A DNA stretch of 64,000 bases from Phallusia mammillata. Its lineage: Eukaryota. The translations under genes were made by a program, and so were the position numbers. Positions 33,167 through 46,259 of this stretch are shown in pieces (position 1 is the stretch's first letter; the number at the start of each line of letters is the position of its first letter). The stretch lies in contig OZ281497.1 of the NCBI GenBank assembly GCA_965637545.1, forward strand, positions 21,638,001 to 21,702,000. Reading direction: 5' to 3'. The notes below the pieces were generated by a model. That model saw nothing but the letters and a program-made list of their open reading frames with translations. It ran no database searches and was not told the origin of the DNA.

Positions 33167-36100
33167 GAGCAAAACTAAATCATTCTATAAAATACTTGAA
33201 GTGATCCTTGCGCAACGCGTATGTGGTGTGCTGTTCAACCACAATGAGTTTGCTAAAAACGTCACAAGCATTGAAGAGCACCGTGGTTGGAACTTTAAGG
33301 GCATAAGTCAATTAGGTTTCGCGCAGTGTGTATATGTACACTCACTTGTGTCAATGACAAAGAAAATATTAATCAGGTATAGTCATGGCTACTAGATCCA
33401 GTTGTTTTGAATTGACCGTTTGGAATCTAAAATACAAACCGCTGGCTGCCAAAAAGTTTTTGGTAACGGTCATGGTCGGGTAAAAAAGTCCCAATCCACT
33501 TTTCACTGAAACGCAGACTAAAATATATTCTACAAGTATGTATTGTACATCATTCGATAGTTCCACTTCAAAACGAAAAACTTGATCAATAAGGTATGTT
33601 TGTAGTGAGACAAGCAGTTTTAAATTGACATGGCATTATTGCTGCACTGTTAAGAACAAAATTATGCAAAGAAGCAAAGATCCACATCTGCCAAACAGTG
33701 AAGTAATCAAAGTTTTTCTTCGTGTGAAACCAAATACCGCACCTGATGCTGTTGAATACGAGATAGACGAAGGTGGACATTTTAGACAAGCAAAACGTTC
33801 AGGAAAAGTCTCGACAATTAAGTTTGAGGCACCGGATGTTTACACGCAACATATGTTTCCAGTCCCACAAAATCAGTGTAGAACAGACCAACAAAATGTC
33901 TAACAGAGAGGTTTTCATCAATTCACGGCAGCCCGTAAATTCGCGGCCGCAGGTTGTGTAAATCGGGCGTTAACAGTGGAAGGGTATGTTACACAGTCAA
34001 AAGAGTTGAGAACTTATACCGCATCTAACTGTGCTGTTTTCCTACATATGGATCCATCTATGGACGTATAATGTGAGCATATAAACAGTCTTGCTCGTCG
34101 CCAGATGTCAAATTTCGTGAAATGTTTTTAGAGGTGACCACAATGCCGCACGATAAAGTTACATGCTTCCTGGTCCATTCCAGACGTTAACTAGGTCAAA
34201 AGAGACAAAATTACACTGAGGCGTATCGATGTCCGATGTAGCGCAGACGATTTTCCATTCACATACCGACCGACTGATGTAGCAAAAAAACGCCAAGCTC
34301 TGAAAGGACTGAATAGGAAGTTAATGACAGTTTATTGGTAAGATGAATTTGCAAACATGAGCAAAGCGTCCAGCAGCAAATCGACATGTGTGGCTTATAG
34401 AACTGCTATTTTACCGACTGGACTTGATTGTATGGGTTTACAGTGTGCAGACCATAGTACTGATAATTATAGGTTTAGCTGAGTCACGAGAACCCTAATG
34501 CGCAGAACCTATAGAAAAAAAGAGGTCTTATGTCAGTAATGTAGAATGTTCAAATTGTTGCTTTGGTGACTAAAAAATAAAGTATGCTGCGTTTTTGGCT
34601 GTATAATGTAAAGTGTTATGTATATGAGTGATATTTTCATTTGCACAGCATTGAGCTATACGACTTGGTTTTCAGGCCTTTTGTTCTCATACCATAGTCA
34701 ATATCACCAGTCTGTTACGCTATAAGTAACTTATATGTTGCAAAGAAATGTACCCTGCAGGTATTAGAACCACCTATTATAAAGTATTGACGTCAACTAA
34801 AAAAACTATTGTACAGTACGAACGGATCGCAAACTTTTGAACTGTTGTGAGTGAGTATAAATTTTAAAATCCGTTGAGTTTAAAAACTTTATTTTCATGC
34901 AATAGAAAATAAAAGCGGTGGCCTTAATAATTCAGGTATGCCAGCAGAACACGTACTGACAGTGGCTCCCTTCCAGTGAAATAACACCTGTGTTGGTGAA
35001 AAACTGGAGTTTAACCAAATATGCAGGGTATATTGTTGTAAGCATCATCTGACCCCACAGCAAATATATTATGAATGTGTCAATTAAAAGAACCTACTTT
35101 GTAGATAATTTTAGAAAAATATTTAAAGACACATATGTTCTGAGTTAAGCTAATCCTATCAGTTTTTTGTTTCGATATAATTTGTCTATGAAGTGGTATA
35201 CATCATTATGTGTTGTAATCCTAATTGCAAGCCGTGAATTAAGTTGGCAAAATTTGCCTGTTTTAAACTTTACGAAAGATAAAAGACAGAAAACGATTAG
35301 ATTTAATATTAAAAGAAACGTTGTACGGCGCAGTAAGACTATAGTAGTGCGTGGTAATAGATTTCCAAGAGCCCGGGGAAATATTCTCTATTTTAGGGCG
35401 CAAACATCCTCTGGTGTGTTAGGAATTGTTGAGGAAACAGCGGCTTGTGTTACAACGTTTCAAAGCTTAATTTTTTCTAAATTTATCAAAAAAAGCGATC
35501 AAACTTACCACAATAAAGTTAAACTTTTGTTTACAACTTTTTGGTTGTTGTGCACGCAAAGTGTGCCGTGAAAGAAAAGTTTCGTTATTTAATGGGCCGC
35601 ATGCTTTAAGAACCACTTGCTGTGCGCGGCTTTCGACTGTCACGCTTTACTTCACAAAATTCGTGGCTTTTCAAAGAATAACTCCAGCGAAGAGATACCA
35701 AGCCAAAAAGTTAAACCGTTATAATAGCGAGAATTCGTAAGAGAGTTTAATTTTTATTTGTGGTGAAATAAATAAAGAAGGAGATTATGCCTTGTGAGAA
35801 TCATAATTATTGGGAACTTGTATGTTGATGCTTTTACACGATTGGCAATGTGTCTTACCACAGCTTATCATTATTATGGCCCCTAGCCCCCTACGTTTGT
35901 AATATTGTGTATAAGCAAAAGCTAAAGACACAACAAAGTATGTAGTTGGCATATTATGAGTAGACCCATAAAAACACAACTAGTAGATAGTAGTATTGTT
36001 TGTTTGAAACATTTTGTTACAGAGTTTATTTCAGATGCTTCGACCTACTTTATGTTAGTATCGACAATGCGTGCCATATGTCTTAGGTAAACGATGTATT

Positions 36101-37741
36101 GTACTGATAGTAGCCACCAGCAAGTAAGGCGTATTGTCATGTGATGTGGGCCTATTGTTGTGACAGTGCTGGAACCAGTTCGGGCATATTGTCATAACGT
36201 GTTGTGCACCAAACCCGAGTTAAACTTTTTTTGAATCAGCACAACACCGAACAAAAAGGAAAGATATTTTAGTGATCAAAATTTAGTTACTAGTTTTACG
36301 CAGTGATGCGTCACATACCGCTAGTTTAATAGCAATGGGCAGAGTGACTAAGAGCGGATGTTTGCTGTACCGATCGATTTATATTTTTTTGTTAATCACC
36401 ACGGAAAGTCAGTTTGTAGAAGCACACACTGTTTGCATTCTAAAATACTTGTGGCAACAAGAAGCCGCGACAGGTTGTTGAAATCTTAGGCAGAAAAGGG
36501 AAAAAATCTCAGAGGCAGATTTAAGTCTTTTGAAAATTACATAAGAACTGCCGTGCTTCATTCGTATATGCAATGACTGTGAACTGAGTGTTATCACAGT
36601 TTTGAAAACGCAATTTTGAGCCATAAAATAGAACAACTGTACTAAAGCTGTTGCTGTCAGGCATAATATCAACTTAAAAAAATAACAATTACCAGAAGAG
36701 CTCTATAAAGTTAATATAACAACCACTTTGCATGATTGGTTTAAGACAAAGTCCATTGGTTCTAGTTAAGTTTATGTACATGTGGGATCTTTGCGAACAT
36801 GTATAAGATTGTGTAAGTACAGATACAGCTCAGCCAATTAGTAGCTCAGAGTACTCGAAAACACAACTTAATGTGTCTTCTAGTGCAGTGATTTTCAACC
36901 GGTGTTCCCTGAAGATTGTCAGGTTCCTGTAGGAAGTTTACTGGTTTGAAGCTATTTCATAGAATACCCGTTCAAAACCGCTGGTTTAACACAATGGGCG
37001 TAAACAGCTTTTCATTTATAACAGTAACTATCTCGTATCACCAGTTTGAATGTTGCAGCCTGATTTGCTTCATTTATTGTTGTGTAATAATAAGACTCCT
37101 TGTGAAATAATAAGAATGTATTTACACGTTTGGTGTTACGCAAGATTATATTAATGTATGTTTCGTGGTTTAAAAATGGTTGAAAAACACTGTTATAGTC
37201 CATGTCATACATCAGAATCCGTAAAATTAACAATGATTTTTGACTACAATTGTTTAAGCTAGTATACTACGAAGTACTGAGAAACTTATTTACCACGTCA
37301 CAAGAAAAACTCGGAAAGGTTTTGAACTTATTAATGCGCAATGACCAGTATGAGAACCAAAGCAGGCGACCCAACGCATGTGTTTACGCAGCCATAGGAC
37401 ATGTGCAAAATATGAATATGATAAAACTCTCTTTGTTGTTACTTTGCATTTGTTCGTTCAAAAATATAAAATAAAATAGATTGAACACCGGTTAAACAAG
37501 GTAATTACGCAATTTACATCCAGGCGAAAATGCTACAGGCGATAACGGGAATGAATGCGTAAACTATGCAAATGTCATGACTGTGTTGGAATGCGGTTAC
37601 TCGATTTACCGCCTTGAGGAACGAAAGCGTAACCACAACAACTTTCTTCAAACATAAAAGTTGCTACAAACCAGCGATAGACGACAGCGGAAAAAGTATT
37701 ACTTGTCACTTTAGGCATTTGAGTTAAGGTAGTGCTATAGC

Positions 37742-38099
37742 CAGGGTTGCCATCGACTTGAAACCAAAAATAAGGACAACCGAAAAATCAAATTTGTAGG
37801 AGAAACGTAACAAACGTTTTTAAACAAATCTTTGCAATTATACGAGTCATGACATAATATTTGCAATATTTTTTGTACAGAAACAATCTGTTTCAGTAAC
37901 TCGTTGTTCGTAGAAAATATTTTGTGCATCTCACGACAGCTCAGGTCTAGGTTTACTTGTAGCAGGGATTTGACTTGTAATTGTTGAAAATAAGACAAAA
38001 GAAGGACTACATTCAAAAATAAGGACATTTCTTAGAAATAAGGACAATGAACTTTTCTAAGACATAGCCGTTCAAAATAAGGACGGTATGGCAACCCTG
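37742..38099. mobile_element. hAT-type MITE (358 bp), unit-2 specific
   Basis: 12-bp TIR CAGGGTTGCCAT; perfect TSD GCTATAGC; empty site at ~23834. Confidence 0.93.
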
Positions 38100-38370
38100 G
38101 CTATAGCATATATGGTTATAATAAGAAAGGAAGGGAGTCTATTTCAGGAAATTGGGCTTATATTTCTAATTTGCCAGTAATAGCTAATTGCTAATGATCC
38201 CCCTTTTCCTCACTACAACTTGCGTTGCGATCCATAGCGTTGTGCGACGTAATAATCAACTGTCAGTTTTGTGTGATAACACAAGGCGGTTAAGTTCATT
38301 TCGTTGCTGACTTCCATGGAGCACGGTCCTACGTTGGTTGCGTTGGAAAGCCGTGTTTTATCGTGTAAAC

Positions 38371-39179
38371 CAGGGTTCTTCAACGGGGGCGATTTCGTCC
38401 ACCGAGGGGGCGATGGTGACAATTTGGGGATTTGGGGGGCGATTTTACTTCCAAGGGGGGCGATTTCAAAATACTGATTGTATAAAAAATACAAGAATTG
38501 TCAGACTAAGCTAACTTACAAGCAGGTGTTATTCGTCTTGCAAACAAACACCAGTCATATGAGGGGCATGAGCTTTTGCTGCTATTGAATAAATTGCATT
38601 TGGCGATTTTTTAGTACTTTTTGTGATATCGAGAGCAAGGTTGATCTGTTTGTTTGGCCACACGGGACGCGTTGTTAAGGCTATGTATAGTGACCGGCTC
38701 TACATTTTTTTTAAATATAACAGTAACGAGCTTTCCCTCAAACTTGTTTCACTTTTACAATTTCTATAGGCCTACTAGCGCTTCAAAAACTGCGAAATTT
38801 TTGTATCTTTTATTTGATAAATCTAGTGTAAGTTAATGTCGAATGTATAAGTTTCTACTGAGTAATGCCCCATTATCTTCAATCAAAATTAGAAAAATGT
38901 TATTGTTTGCGGATAATTGTAAATTGCAATCTTGTCTATGACGTCACAAACTTTGTTTAGATGCGTTAGAATTGCGTGAAATTGCCCCTCAGTGTTGTTG
39001 TAGCAATTAAATTTGGTTTTTAATGTTAACATGAGCTTTTGTGGTGCTCTGTAAAACTAATTGCATGCAAATGCTCATAAGTCAAGAACTTTAATAAAAA
39101 ATAACAATATAATGGGGGGCGATTTTGAGCCAGTGCCCTAGCAAGGGGGCGATTTCGCTAAAAAGGTTGAAGACCACTG
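38371..39179. mobile_element. hAT-type MITE (809 bp), unit-2 specific
   Basis: TIR CAGGGTTCTTCAAC / GTTGAAGACCACTG; perfect TSD GTGTAAAC; GGGGGCGATTT subterminal repeats; empty site at ~24097. Confidence 0.93.
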
Positions 39180-40114
39180 GTGTAAACGGATTTATTGCGT
39201 CCTGTGCTTTAGTACAAAGCAATCTAATTCTACGCTTATACTGTCGCCCAGCATAGCTTTGTGTGACGTCATAGCAGCCCGCTGCGGTCGTATACTTCTT
39301 TATATGTTGAGGTGTGTGACAGTACTGTAATTGTTGCGATTCGAATACGAGTGTTGTGTTTTTCTTCCGGTTACCACAACAGATGGTAAGATTTGTGTAG
39401 GAATTTCTTCATTCAAAGCAGAGTATGTAACGGAATGTTTTTGTGCAAACCGTCTCCTGTCATCTCCTTTAGCTTGTTGGGGGATTTAGGGGTTGTCCCG
39501 CCCTTGTAACCGGGGCTCGTTCACGGGACGTTAAATAGCGTGAGGTACGTATTTGACGCCATTATTTCGACAGCCCCAGAATTTTGGTCTAGCAGTTTTC
39601 GGCGGCGATATAAACTTTGCCAAACAAACCAAAAAAACCCAGCCAACACGAGCTTACACCAAGACTTTTATCTCCACAATTATGCAAAGAACCCTGCGAT
39701 AACATGCAGCTCACCACAAAAGTCAATACTCCCTTACACTGGTGTAGCCTATGGGCGCAGACTTTTATCAAAACAATGTAAAACCTACGCAACGAAAAAC
39801 CCATCGGGCAAGAGGCAACCTTGTATCTCCTGTAACCACCGCCAGGTTTTTACTTCACGACGCCCAAAGAAAAAGCCCTTCACCAACTGTTCTGATGACA
39901 CAACGAAATATAAATGAAAATAATTACGTGGCGGTTATAAAATAAAAATATGCAAGAAAAAATCACTACAATTGTAGTCAAAAAGTCATAGAGATTTGTT
40001 GGAATAGTCAAATGAAAATGATGAAATATCTGTTGAAATGCGATGCATTATTAGAATTTACAGTACGTTTATAAATGTACATGCTAAAGAAGCAGCCTCC
40101 AGAAACGCCAGTTG

Positions 40115-40541
40115 TGAGAGATGCTTGGAATTGGCTTCATTCGGGGGTTCGGTCGAAACCGAATACTCGGTAGTTTTGCCAAACAAACGCGGCCGAATCA
40201 ACAGAATCATTTATGACGTCACTGGAAACCGTAAGTTTTTTTTATTAGGCAAACAGTGGTGTTAACAATAGAATAGTTGTGTTTTATTGTCAATTTAGTT
40301 CTGTGGAGGTTTAAGAGTGCCTCGCCCATTCTGATTAACCTGCCAATGAACTACTGACTTTTGTCTGGAGTGGGAAAAACAAAAATGTTTTGAAATTTTT
40401 AATAATAGAAGCAGTTTTAGGCATGGTGTAGTTTTAAAGATTGTGTGGTGCCCTATCAGCACACAGAAACACTTTTTACATTTTAAATTTGTGTTGGTAA
40501 AATATTATAAAAATAGCTGAACAAATGTTCGGCACATCTCA
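40115..40541. mobile_element. Older TAGAGATG-family MITE (5'-deleted copy at 24711-25126 in unit 1)
   Basis: GAGAGATG start, CCGAAT motifs and a GGCACATCTCA end. Confidence 0.55.
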
Positions 40542-40581
40542 ACTTCTTACAACTTACTCAATTAAGGAGAATATGTTAAAG

Positions 40582-40798
40582 CAGGGGTTCTTAACCTGGC
40601 GTGCACGCACCCCCAAGGGGTGCGAGAACTGTTCCTAGGGGGTGCGGGGATGCTGAATCATTAAGGTTGGTTAGGTATATTCTATTTAGGCAATTACAGA
40701 AGGGGGAGCGAAAATTGGTTAGTGATTTAAAAGGGGGTGCGAAAATTGGTTGGTGATTTGAAAGGGGTGCAGCAAGGAAAAAAGGTTAAGAACCACTG
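40582..40798. mobile_element. hAT-type MITE (217 bp), unit-2 specific
   Basis: TIR CAGGGGTTCTTAACC / GGTTAAGAACCACTG; perfect TSD TGTTAAAG; near-identical to 56946-57161. Confidence 0.93.
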
Positions 40799-42118
40799 TG
40801 TTAAAGGGTTTATCTCGAAAGTCTTATTGATTCTTAGCATTAGCGCAATAAAGGTTCCACCTGCTGTATTTTAACCTGATAGACTGCGATTAGGTGCGGA
40901 ATTACGTACGCGCTGCTCAAAATCAGCACAAACAATTGCACGAATGATTACCATCGAAAGACCCTATATTGTGAAAACAAATTAGTCATTTCTACGTTAT
41001 GTTGTGAACACAAATTTGTTTTAGTCCCGTTTGTCACTTGTTTAGTAGGTAACTATAGGTAACGGTTAGCTTGTTTGGCACATTGCCTTCTGTTTGTCAA
41101 AGTACACCACTTAATACATTTTATACATTCCCAACCATAAGCAGTTTTTCCAGTGCTTGCATGCCGTCACGTACTTTTAAGAGTGGGAGTGTTTGTCTCG
41201 TTTCTACGTTGCTGAAATGATAACAAAAGATTGCTGGAAGTGTTCCGCAAAAGATTGCTGGAAACAGTTATGTACGCAAGGCTTGGATTTGGGTGTTTCA
41301 CGATCTAATGTTATGTTTTCACTACCCTGCATTGAAACGCTCGTTATCTTTGACATTTAAATGTGGTTTACCACTGCTGCTGCGTGTGGGCGTTAAGACC
41401 AACGGATAAAGAAGATGGCGATTCTGTACAGCTCCCTGACATTATTGATAGCTGTCACGGTTGGTTTTATAACACATGTCAAAATAAAGCCAATGTGACC
41501 TTTTTGCAATTTCAAACACAAATAACCATCAGGTTTTTATCAGCTTTGGTATTTTCTTTGATCGTCGGTTTATTGTATACCATATACAGGACAATACGCC
41601 AATTAGCCGATGCCCGTGGTATAATTTCCGGACAGCACCATAGGTTGATGCTGGATTTCTGTGTAGCAAAACACGGAGTGGGCTACCCACAAACCTAACG
41701 GTGTTTGGCCAGCCCACAGCGTACTGATTTTGCTGGCAAATTGTTAACTATTGTTGAATTACGGTCGAGACGTGGATAGTATGCAAACAACGTTCAACAC
41801 AAAAACTGTACCATGAGGCAGTAAAAACAGTGCGTCTAGTAAAACTGTTTCAGCTTTGTGCTGTACCTATACGCACCTATACAAACTACCTATACCTATA
41901 CAAACTGGTTAATGTCAATAAGTAAATATTACGCAAAACAAAAAGCGCAACCAATACAATGATGTCTGGTTTATAATATTTTTTGCCTTTACAGACGTCT
42001 TCACCAAAGCAACCTTAAACAATTTGCAAAGTGAAATAATATACCATACGTTAAAAACTTAACATTTTGTGCTTCAAGGTTTTAGATTATAGGACGTTAT
42101 AAAACCCTGAACACGCCT

Positions 42119-42169
42119 ATGTCAATATTAAACTTTTGGCGTTCTTGCGACACCAATCGGATGCAATGA
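42119..42169 (+). promoter_or_regulatory. Upstream ORF overlapping the FUT-B start
   Basis: Same 16-codon uORF as in A. ATG at 42119, TGA at 42167-42169. Confidence 0.7.
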
Positions 42170-44441
42170 ATTTAAGCACCACACAAAAACTTGCCGTGGT
42201 AACTGGTATACTCTGCCTGACTGGCCTTGGATTCATGTTAAAGTGGACAGACAATACATTAGTGTCGTTCAGTCAGAGGCGTTACTGCTCTATTGTTAAA
42301 AATGGGACGCTAGTTAATGCTCTGCTGCACCAAATAAGCGCCAGTGACGAATACGTCGACAACAGTGGACCAAAAGATGAGAATAACTTGACTGGACCTA
42401 CGAAAAATACCACTGTCACTGAGGCCAATTTTACTCCAACAACTGCAAACAGGACAACAACAACAAGAAAAATAATAACAACAACAACAACTAAACAACC
42501 AGTGACCACCCCAGTAGTGGCAAAGAAGCCCGGATTAATTCTGATGTGGGAAAAGCCCTGGCATGTTGCCAGCCAACCACCACAGGAGGGGGAAGTGTTT
42601 GAAAACTGTACAATCACCTTCGACAAGTCAAAACACGCTGAGGCACTGGCAATTGTCTTTCATTACACTGTTGTCCCCAAACGATACCCCTTTCCCAGGT
42701 GAAAGATCAATAAGCTCGGGCTTCGCATTTTTAATCGTATAATGTAGCGTTTCTTAACTTTTCCGCAGTCGTATCCTTTAGGACAGTGCTCCTCAACCTT
42801 ATTAGTGACACGAAAACCTCAAGAAATTTTGTTAAGTTTTGTCTGTTTGCGTTACCAAGCAGCGCGTTATTATAAAGCAATTGTGCAGTTTTACTTGGTG
42901 CTCAATCCTAAATGTACATTTTCCTGCGGATCGTTCGGTTTAGGGAAGTTTGGTTTCTTGTTTATGTGCTGACCAAAGTTTCCATACATTCGCAGAGATC
43001 CGAAGCAGTTTTTTGTGTGGTATTCTTGGGAAAACCCGTGGGTGGTCCGTTGGATGGAACACAAAGAACTAGATCAATATGACGGATTTTTCAACTGGAC
43101 AATGACGTATCGGAGGGATGGTGACGTTTATGCACCGTACTATCTCATTCGAAACGTCTACAACAATCTGCCAAAAGGCAAGAAGGTGGTGGATGATTTA
43201 ATTGCTGCAAAGAAGGGACTTGCGGTAAGTTAGTAAAATCGATATTGATATGTCCGGTGTTGTAGATGCTGTGTTAGAGAAAGAGCAGCGGTGGGATTCA
43301 GCCGGTTTGCATCGGTTCTATAGAACCGTCTCACGAAATTTTATGAGATTAGCGAACCGCTCAGCATTACTGCCTACTGTCAATGGACTTTTTGTAACAA
43401 AACCGGCTGAAAACTGTGAGTTCTGTGATAAAAGCGGCTGACAAAAAAAAGAGTATTAACTATAACATTGATCAAAAAAGTAGACGACCCAAATTTACTG
43501 ACCCTACTTAACTTGCAATGTCCAGCACCATAGCTAGATGTTTCACTTGATAACGCATGTTAACGGTCGCCAACCTGCGCATGTTCCAACTGGTTGCGGT
43601 AAATCCAAGCAACAAAAATATACCTTTTCATCCATGCAAACCCAATTAACATTCATTTAACTTCAACCCTGTAGTTGTGATTTAAAGTCGTTAAGAGACT
43701 ACTTGTAGTAAACGACTCAGTTACTGGTATAACTTTACTGCACTTCAAAATTATAGCTCTCCTGGGTTCAAAGGTTGGCGACCCTGGATTGGGGATTGTT
43801 CAATTTATGCACTTATTTTCTTGACATCTTTGCAGACATGGGTAGTGAGTTCATGCAAGAATAAAAAGGGTTCAATATCAAGATTGAACTATGTAAATGA
43901 GATGTTGAAGACAATGCCCAACATTGATCGTTTCGGCAAGTGCTTCGGGAATAAATGGCCAGCCGCGAAAATGGTCGATTTCATTCGGACTCGGAAGTTT
44001 TATCTCTCCTTTGAAAATACGTTACACTGCAGAGATTACATTACGGAGAAGTTTGCCAAGAACGCCTTCTATTACGGGTCTGTTCCGGTGGTTAGAGGGC
44101 CGAAAAAGGAAGACTATCTTGTCATGGCACCTCCACACTCATTTATACACACCGAAGACTTCGCCTCACCTGCAGAACTTACAAAATACCTCATGTATCT
44201 AGATAAGAACGATACAGCATACAGGGAGTACTTTAAATGGCGAGAGGACCCGTCCAAGACCTGGGACGACCAGCGAATGGAAGTGGAAAGACTTCATCCT
44301 AATATCAAGACTCTTCCTGACAAAACCTTCTGGTTTGGAAAGCTATGTGAACAGGTGCAAAACGGAGCGCCTCCTAAAGTGATACCGTCTTTACGAGAGG
44401 TTTTCTTTGACGACCCCGAAGAATGTCAGGCTAAGAATTGA
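42166..44441 (+). CDS. Alpha-1,3/4-fucosyltransferase (GT10), paralog B, 455 aa
   Basis: Exons 42166-42698, 42996-43224, 43836-44441. The ORF is intact, with 8 amino-acid substitutions and one Thr deletion relative to paralog A. Confidence 0.92.
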
Positions 44442-46259
44442 GGAAAATTGGTCGTGAAACGATGGGGCTAGACCGAAGAGCTTGCCACAACAATTGCCAT
44501 CGGACAAAACCGGTTATAAGCTTGACGCTGCTGTGAAAGGATTTGATCTATCCACTAAAGCAGTGGTCGGCAACCGCCTGTCCGCGAGGTATTCATTACC
44601 GGGCCGTATAATTTTCAAGTTAAGTGCTTTTAAATATTTTCCTCGTGCAATCTGGGGATGATAAACTAATTTAAGCGTTAAAAGACCGGTCCGCGAGAAA
44701 ATTTAGCATTTAAAACAGGTCCGCAGTGCAAAAAAGGACTAAAGAAACTTCTAACTAAGTAAAATTGAATTGAAAAAAAATGATGTATCTTGGTCACCAA
44801 AAATCTTAAAAATACACCATGATCATTCGCACTTCATGCTTTAGCAATCCTCGCATGCAAAAAAAAATAGATAATCTAAAAACACCCCTCTAAAGCTAGA
44901 TGTAATTTTGAGATTTACTAGTCAAGTTGCTGCGTTAATTCAACCATAGCATCTCCGGAACAACAGGACCAAAAAAGAGATTCCGCAAATTGTTGTGTCC
45001 AAGGCCATATTAAGTCACATTGAAACAAACACTATGTTGATGAAAACAGTGGTTTTATTATACAACAAATGTACCTGGTGTTAAAATTTATACTATGCAT
45101 GCTGTTGTGGGAATACTTCCGCGTGTTCAGTCATGGAAAAAGTTTGGGAACCACTGCTCAAGAATGTACAGAAGCGGCGTTTGTCAGGTATACTGACCGG
45201 TACTGAGCAAAGATGAAAAAACTTACGAAACTTGGTCAGTTTAACGTTGAGGTCATGGTTAAAACTATAATTACTTGTCGATTGGCTATTTTGCAGCCGT
45301 TTTTTGTGAAATACTTTTCTTGGTAGATTTGTATTACTGTTTATGCTGTTTAATGAACTACCAAGTAAGCTACAGCGGCTTAGACCCATCAGGTCATGTA
45401 TGTGTGTGCGTGTGCATCTGAAAATATTGGTTTCATTTAAGTATTACACCAAAATTGAACAAATTGCATAGAGATCGCGAATTTGAATATCTTATGCCTC
45501 GAATTGAGTTTCAAAGTCTATTTGTGGGTCAGGCAAAGTATTCCCCAGTGCCGGATTAAGGGTCTGCTGGCCTGTAGGCACATTTTATAAGTAGCCCGAA
45601 AATCAGGGTTGCCAACAAAAAAAATTAGAATTATCAGTGTTGCCAAATCATTGTGTGATTTTAAAGTGGCCTGAACTTTTGAAAAAATTTGTGATTTGAT
45701 TTGTCACGTTATGAAGTTCTATCGAAAAACGTTTGTCGCGATCCACACAAAAAGTCCCAACGTTTCGTGACCCGTATGAAACGTGACGTTAGAAATTATA
45801 CTTTCCATAAACCTTTGTTGCAGCTGGAAGCATAGAACTTTGTTGTGAATAAATTTGTCACTGTTGGCGTTACTCGCAAGCTGAATTTGTTCGGAAAACT
45901 ACAAATCTGCGTAAAAGGTTTGTTTTCAACCTTGGTCTCTAACTAATTGTTTTCTTTCAAAAAGTTCTTGTGTGACATACAAGTAATGTGTGTACTCCAT
46001 TTGCATGTGGATACAATTTTACGCTTGTACTGTCGTATTTAGGAAACTGTCTAACTTTGAAATATTCACTATCATTACAACAAATATTTTCTCAATGTAA
46101 AGTTTTTTTAAAGGAAACTCCGGCGCCCTTGACCAGCCAATTCTTATTCACGCGGTTTGTACTCAGAAAAGTCTTTAGGACAAATCCCCATCAGGCCATT
46201 TTTAGTTTCGTGAGATATATTTGCCAGTACGCCACCTTGTGAAAGTTCACATAATCTAT

